Assembly: GCF_001194135.2 (NCBI RefSeq)
Contig: NC_068996.1
Coordinates: 3,413,026-3,454,647, forward strand
DNA: 41,622 nt
DNA from: Octopus bimaculoides
Lineage: Eukaryota
Reading direction: 5' to 3'
Shown: in pieces, positions 36,684-41,622 of the stretch
Layout: each line of letters starts with the position of its first letter
Position numbering within the stretch: the stretch's first letter is position 1
Position numbers and translations under genes: made by a program
The notes under the pieces: generated by a model
What the model was told of the DNA's origin: nothing
Databases searched by the model: none
The model's input: only the letters and a program-made list of their open reading frames with translations

Positions 36684-39055
36684 GTAATGATTATTTCATT
36701 TATTTACCACTAGGACGAAAGATGAGGGGGTACAATAGAAATAGACATAAAGTGTGTTTACATATAACAAAATGATAACATAATATAATTATCAAAAATC
36801 ACTAAAAATTAAGTACACACGGTATATAATGATATGGAATGGACAAAATATACAAAGGTTAACAAAAAATGGGTGGGGAGAGACCCCTGATACAGGATGA
36901 TCTCTAGGGATAATCGAGGAATACCACTGCCCGAGATTTCCCTGAATACCAAGAGCGAGTGCCCTCTCCAATTCCTTCTCTTCGATTCACAAATCTCCAC
37001 TCTTGCCATTTTCGCAACTTTCACCCACCTTTCAATAAACTCACTCGAGGACAGGACTTCCCTCTCCACTCTCAATTTCCTTTTCAAAGTCAATGAGAGC
37101 TATACCAAAGAGAAATGTGTCTGTCTTCATGCTTTTCAGCCTTGTCCACCAAATAACTGCTTTCACCACAGCCCGGCAAAGAAATACTGCCTTGTCTGCC
37201 CGATTAAAGGAGTGCTGCGGGGCAATCATCACTACAGAGTCGGCTGATAGAAGGATCAGTTCCACATGTGACAGTAGCTCTTCGATATAACCCCACAAGT
37301 CAACAATGCCCGGATACTTATCGAGTGCGTATAGAACGGTTTAGTAACTCTGCGCGTACTTCGGCAAGTTCGTCTGACAGCACATCCGTGCCTGTAGAGT
37401 GAATTTCGAACAGGTGGCGCCCCCTCCCCCGGTAACACTGCTAGGCCAAGGACATCTGAAAATGATCCATGATAGTTCCCGATCGGCAAGTCTATGGAAC
37501 AGACTAGTCTATTTTCGTCGGCGTCCAATGTCTCCCAGAAAATGTCGTCGCATTTCTCCGCCACTAATCCTCTATAAATTTCTAAAGCGGAAATCCACCG
37601 ATCCCATTACCCAACTGGTAGAAGGCTGTGAGTGCCTGACGACATTCTAGGTACCAGACACCCATTCTCGGTCTTTTCCTCATTCAGGCCAGCAACCCCG
37701 TCAAGGATACGAGCTGCGGCGAGATGAGCCTTACAAACGAGGCCCACACACACTCACGTCCAGAAAACATTTGCAGGTGGAGTAACCTAAGAGCGTATCT
37801 GCGCATTAGGAGCCACGGCATACCTAATCCACCACTCAGAGGATGCTAGCAACAAACTGACCGCCTGACTACTGGAACGTGTCCTTTCCACAAGAATTTA
37901 GCTAAGAGACGCACCAACATGGTCAAGCAGTAACCGGAACAAGGCATGAAAGTCAGACGATAAATGAAAGCGGAAGCAATGTAGGCATTCTCCACCTCTG
38001 CCTGACCTTTCAAGGACAGCTTCCTCTCAGCCCATTTCTGAGTAAAACTGGCCACCTAGTTCGCCACCTAGTTCGTCCCAGTTCTTATCAACCTGGAGAT
38101 ATGAACAACCGGGACCAAACCAGACCCCAAGCACTTTAACTGATCCGTCGATCCAGCGTACGACAACGCATCGACCTGCCTCTCTAGGAGCCTAACAAAA
38201 AAACACCGATTTGTTGGCGTTGATTTTAGCCCTGCAACCGACTCGTATTCCTTTAGGATGGTGCCGACCGTCTCCACTTCAGAGGTATCCGACACCATGA
38301 CGGCGTATGCTGAAACTGCCCTTCTTTGTTTCAGTTCGAAAGGGATGCTCCTTAACTGTTCATAATTCAGCAGCAGTAGCTCGAGTGCCAATACGTACAG
38401 AAGAGGCGAAAGCGGGTAACCCTGATGGAGTGAATATGCGATTCCAAATGGTTCCAATAAGTGACCGTTTACTTTGACTACTGAACAAGTGCTACTGTTC
38501 ATTGCAGCGATCCAGCCTCTGAAAACGGCTCCGAAACCGTCTGCTTTCAGAACAGCTTCCAAGTATCGATGGTCGACCCCATCAAATGCATTCGACTGAT
38601 CCAAATCGATCAGAACATCCCCGAAGCCATCTTTAGTTCCAGCTCTCTCTATGATGTATTGCATAAGGTTGAGTTTGTTGTAAATAGACTTGATCGGGAT
38701 TGTGCACGTTTGCGCTTCTCCGACCAGGCTACCGACGACAAACGCCAACTTTTTCGCTAATACCTTGGCCAAAATCTTAAACTATGTGTTTAGCAGTTAT
38801 GGGCCGAAAAATCTCTTGTACGTCCTTCCTCAGCATGTCATCACACCTCGGCTAACAGCACTAGGAATTCTTCCGTTCTGTTGCCAGTTGCAGTAGACGT
38901 ATGCCAAGACGTCGCCAAACAAATCTGGCATGAATTCATATAATTCATAGGCAGAATATCCAAAATCATATGGTCTGTGACTTGTGCAAGCGCTCATCGC
39001 CTCCCGAATTTCAGCAGCTGTTATCTGCTTTTCACATAACCTCACGTCATCTGCC

Positions 39056-39057
<2 letters not shown>
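36635..39057 (-). mobile_element. 5'-truncated L1/Tx1-clade LINE (RT, C-terminus, 3'UTR, AATAAA, (TTA)16)
   Basis: ITAAEIREAM, DLDQSNAFDGVDH, HQGYPLSPLLY, C-terminal VIWWTRLK..EREVLSSSEFIERW; AATAAA at 36699-36704; multiple frameshifts. Confidence 0.92.

Positions 39058-39146
<89 letters not shown>
39057..39146. repeat. (TAA)30 microsatellite abutting the LINE 5' breakpoint
   Basis: Seen directly. Confidence 0.95.
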
Positions 39147-40794
39147 GCAGTATGGCCACACTACACAAGCTTTGGTTGATAATTAGCTAGTAAAAATCAT
39201 GTGGGAAATTATTCTTTTTACAGACAGGCGAATGGGGTACAATGGCCCTAATATCATAACTGCACCAAAGAGACACATGAATGAGTGATGCAGACATCGC
39301 TGTTCCTGCTGACCTGAATGGTGAAATCTCTGATAGAACAAAAGCAGTCAAATGCCAAAGTTTGGCGAGGTAGGTGCGGGTAGTACATCAAACAACAGTG
39401 AAAATTGTCCCATTTGTTATTTGTGCACTCGGAAGAATTTCAAAGGATCTGGATGCAATACCTGGGGATTTTGCGCATACCAAACATATTAGTAAGACAG
39501 GCGGTAAACATAATAACCATAGGTCTAACATTACACTCTTGTCCCCTTGACTTGAAGCTAATTTCAACAATCAACCGACGGTTCGAATCAGTACTGGGTG
39601 CACATGCAAACAAATGCTCTCTAGGTTAGGCATGCAATATATCCTCCAGAAAACCGACAAAATATCAGTAGTGTCTATTCTTAATAGAACTAACTTTGAG
39701 TATGTAATTTAATTTGTACAAGCTCTTTTCATCACTCCACCCTAGCATCGACGGAATGTTGTAAATCATACCCATTTCAACAGTTGCTTCCATGGAAAGT
39801 GTTCAATTAGATTCATGTCCCTCTCTCATCGGCCCTGTAATTTCTTATCAGAACTCAGTTTGCCAAATGAGTTTGTCTGAGATTTCTGGACATCTCACCG
39901 CTGCTCTGCAAGTCTAATGTGTATAGATTCTTTGTCAAACTGCTGAACATAAGAGTAAACCCACTTTTAGTGGTTTTCTTGCTTTCTCCTGGTATTTCAT
40001 TGAAATTTGTCGATAATTTTCTTTTTAACTTTTATTTGCTATTTTAACTATGCATGTTTATATCGAGCTTTTGTGGCATTAATGTCACTTTTCCGACTAG
40101 ATTGAGATTTTGAATAATGAAAAATATCTTTTACAAGACATAAATATGAGGATACAAAATTATAATCATAGTCTTCCTTTACACAAACAACATTTCTTTA
40201 TAATTTTTGAAAATCTCTACTGTTTAACTGGTTAAATACAGATACTTGCATATACATTTTATCCATTAGTATTTTGCTACCCTATAACTCAGCAGTAAAT
40301 GTCAAACATTATTGAATTACAAATAATCTTTCACAATAAGTATCGCTTTTTTTGGAACCATAGATCATAATAAACATTACATAATAAGCCATGTTGATGT
40401 TGGAATTTACGTTGTAATCTGAATATATAACGTTTAAGCTATTATCAAACATTTGCATACCCAGACACATGCATATTTGCATACATTTAAAAGTATGTGT
40501 GCATATAAATGTATGTACATATATTTGTGCTTGAGTACACATGATCTTAATGGTTATTTAGAGAAGAAACAGCGCACTTGGCTTATGAAAGGCTTAAACA
40601 TACATGGAGATGAGATGATGTTAAACCTGTCATCTGATTAATTATGATATTCCCTCAACAGTGATACAGTCATATTTTGCAGTTCTGACTACCTAAATTC
40701 ACTTGAATAATCTGGGTTATTATTTCCATAATATGAAATAACAGATTCACGCGTATGTTAAATTAAGTATATGTGCGAATGAGTCCATATTTAT

Positions 40795-40797
40795 ACA

Positions 40798-40830
<33 letters not shown>

Positions 40831-40851
40831 ATATATATCATTATAATGTTA

Positions 40852-40882
<31 letters not shown>

Positions 40883-41140
40883 GGTTTTTAACTTTTAAAT
40901 TTTCATATTCAAAAGAGTCTGAGACTTCAAACTCGATATATCGATTTATTCACCAGTCTATGTTAACATTTCTGTGTGTATATATGTGTATGTATGTGTG
41001 TGTATGTGTGTATATATGTATATGGGTATGTGTATGTATATGTATGTGTGTATGTATGTATATGTGTATATACATCCTCATGCTACATCCTCTGGAAAAT
41101 TATACATATATATATATATATATATATATANNNNNNNNNN
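40795..41140. repeat. (TA)n/(TATG)n/(GT)n microsatellite cluster
   Basis: Seen directly. Confidence 0.9.
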
Positions 41141-41439
41141 ATAATAATAATAAAGGAGTTACGACGCAAAAACGTATAAATTCAAATGAACATATTTATC
41201 TTCTTCAATATATATTTCAGTATAAAGAATTCATTAAGAAACTTAAATCAAAATTTCTTTACACATCATTCAGGAATAAATATAACATCAGAAAAAATAC
41301 ATTCCGTTTAAAAACACAAACCGTTCATGGCGAAAAAATTTCACGATTACAAAAACCGAACAAAATTTTTAAAGTTTTAGCAAAAAGAACGCTATTACCT
41401 ACAAACAGGCATCCGCGTGTGCGCCCGTACAAACACGCA

Positions 41440-41488
41440 CACACGTTCATGCGCGGACACACGTTCATGCGCGGACACACGTTCATGC
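41440..41488. repeat. 18-bp minisatellite, 2.7 copies
   Basis: CACACGTTCATGCGCGGA x2 plus a partial third. Confidence 0.9.
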
Positions 41489-41622
41489 ACACACACACGT
41501 ACACTCTCACATGTATTTGTATGCATACACAAACAAGCAAAGTTCACAAGTCATAAACACATACACACACACACACACACATACACACACACATACATCC
41601 ACATATATATATATATATATAT

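Noticed and set aside
39395-39460. PICYLC as a zinc-knuckle remnant
   Set aside because: His and spacing not conserved; surrounded by stops.

Overview
Eukaryotic, AT-rich, microsatellite-dense scaffold segment with 11 N-gaps (largest about 618-1609, 10159-11012, 17612-18226, 18993-19551, 30118-31006). I find no supportable host gene. The repeat families resemble ones I recall from octopus/cephalopod genomes (inference, not verified). The window is layered transposon debris: four distinct R4/Dong-type (RLE) LINE copies, one with an apparently intact 5' half; several L1/Tx1-type LINE remnants; CR1-like and RTE fragments; a Penelope-like GIY-YIG remnant; tRNA-derived SINEs; and two copies of a Helitron-like non-autonomous repeat. 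Most listed ORFs are artefacts of gaps or simple repeats. Best leads: (1) a 626-bp fold-back unit carrying head-to-head TTAGGG/CCCTAA arrays, inserted into a CR1 RT frame with an exact 13-bp target duplication; (2) a Tx1-like LINE bracketed by (TTA)n arrays while R4/Dong copies end in (TAA)n, suggesting two clades use one microsatellite on opposite strands; (3) LINE-LINE and SINE-LINE chimeric junctions. Family assignments come from manual translation and remembered motifs; no database search was run.
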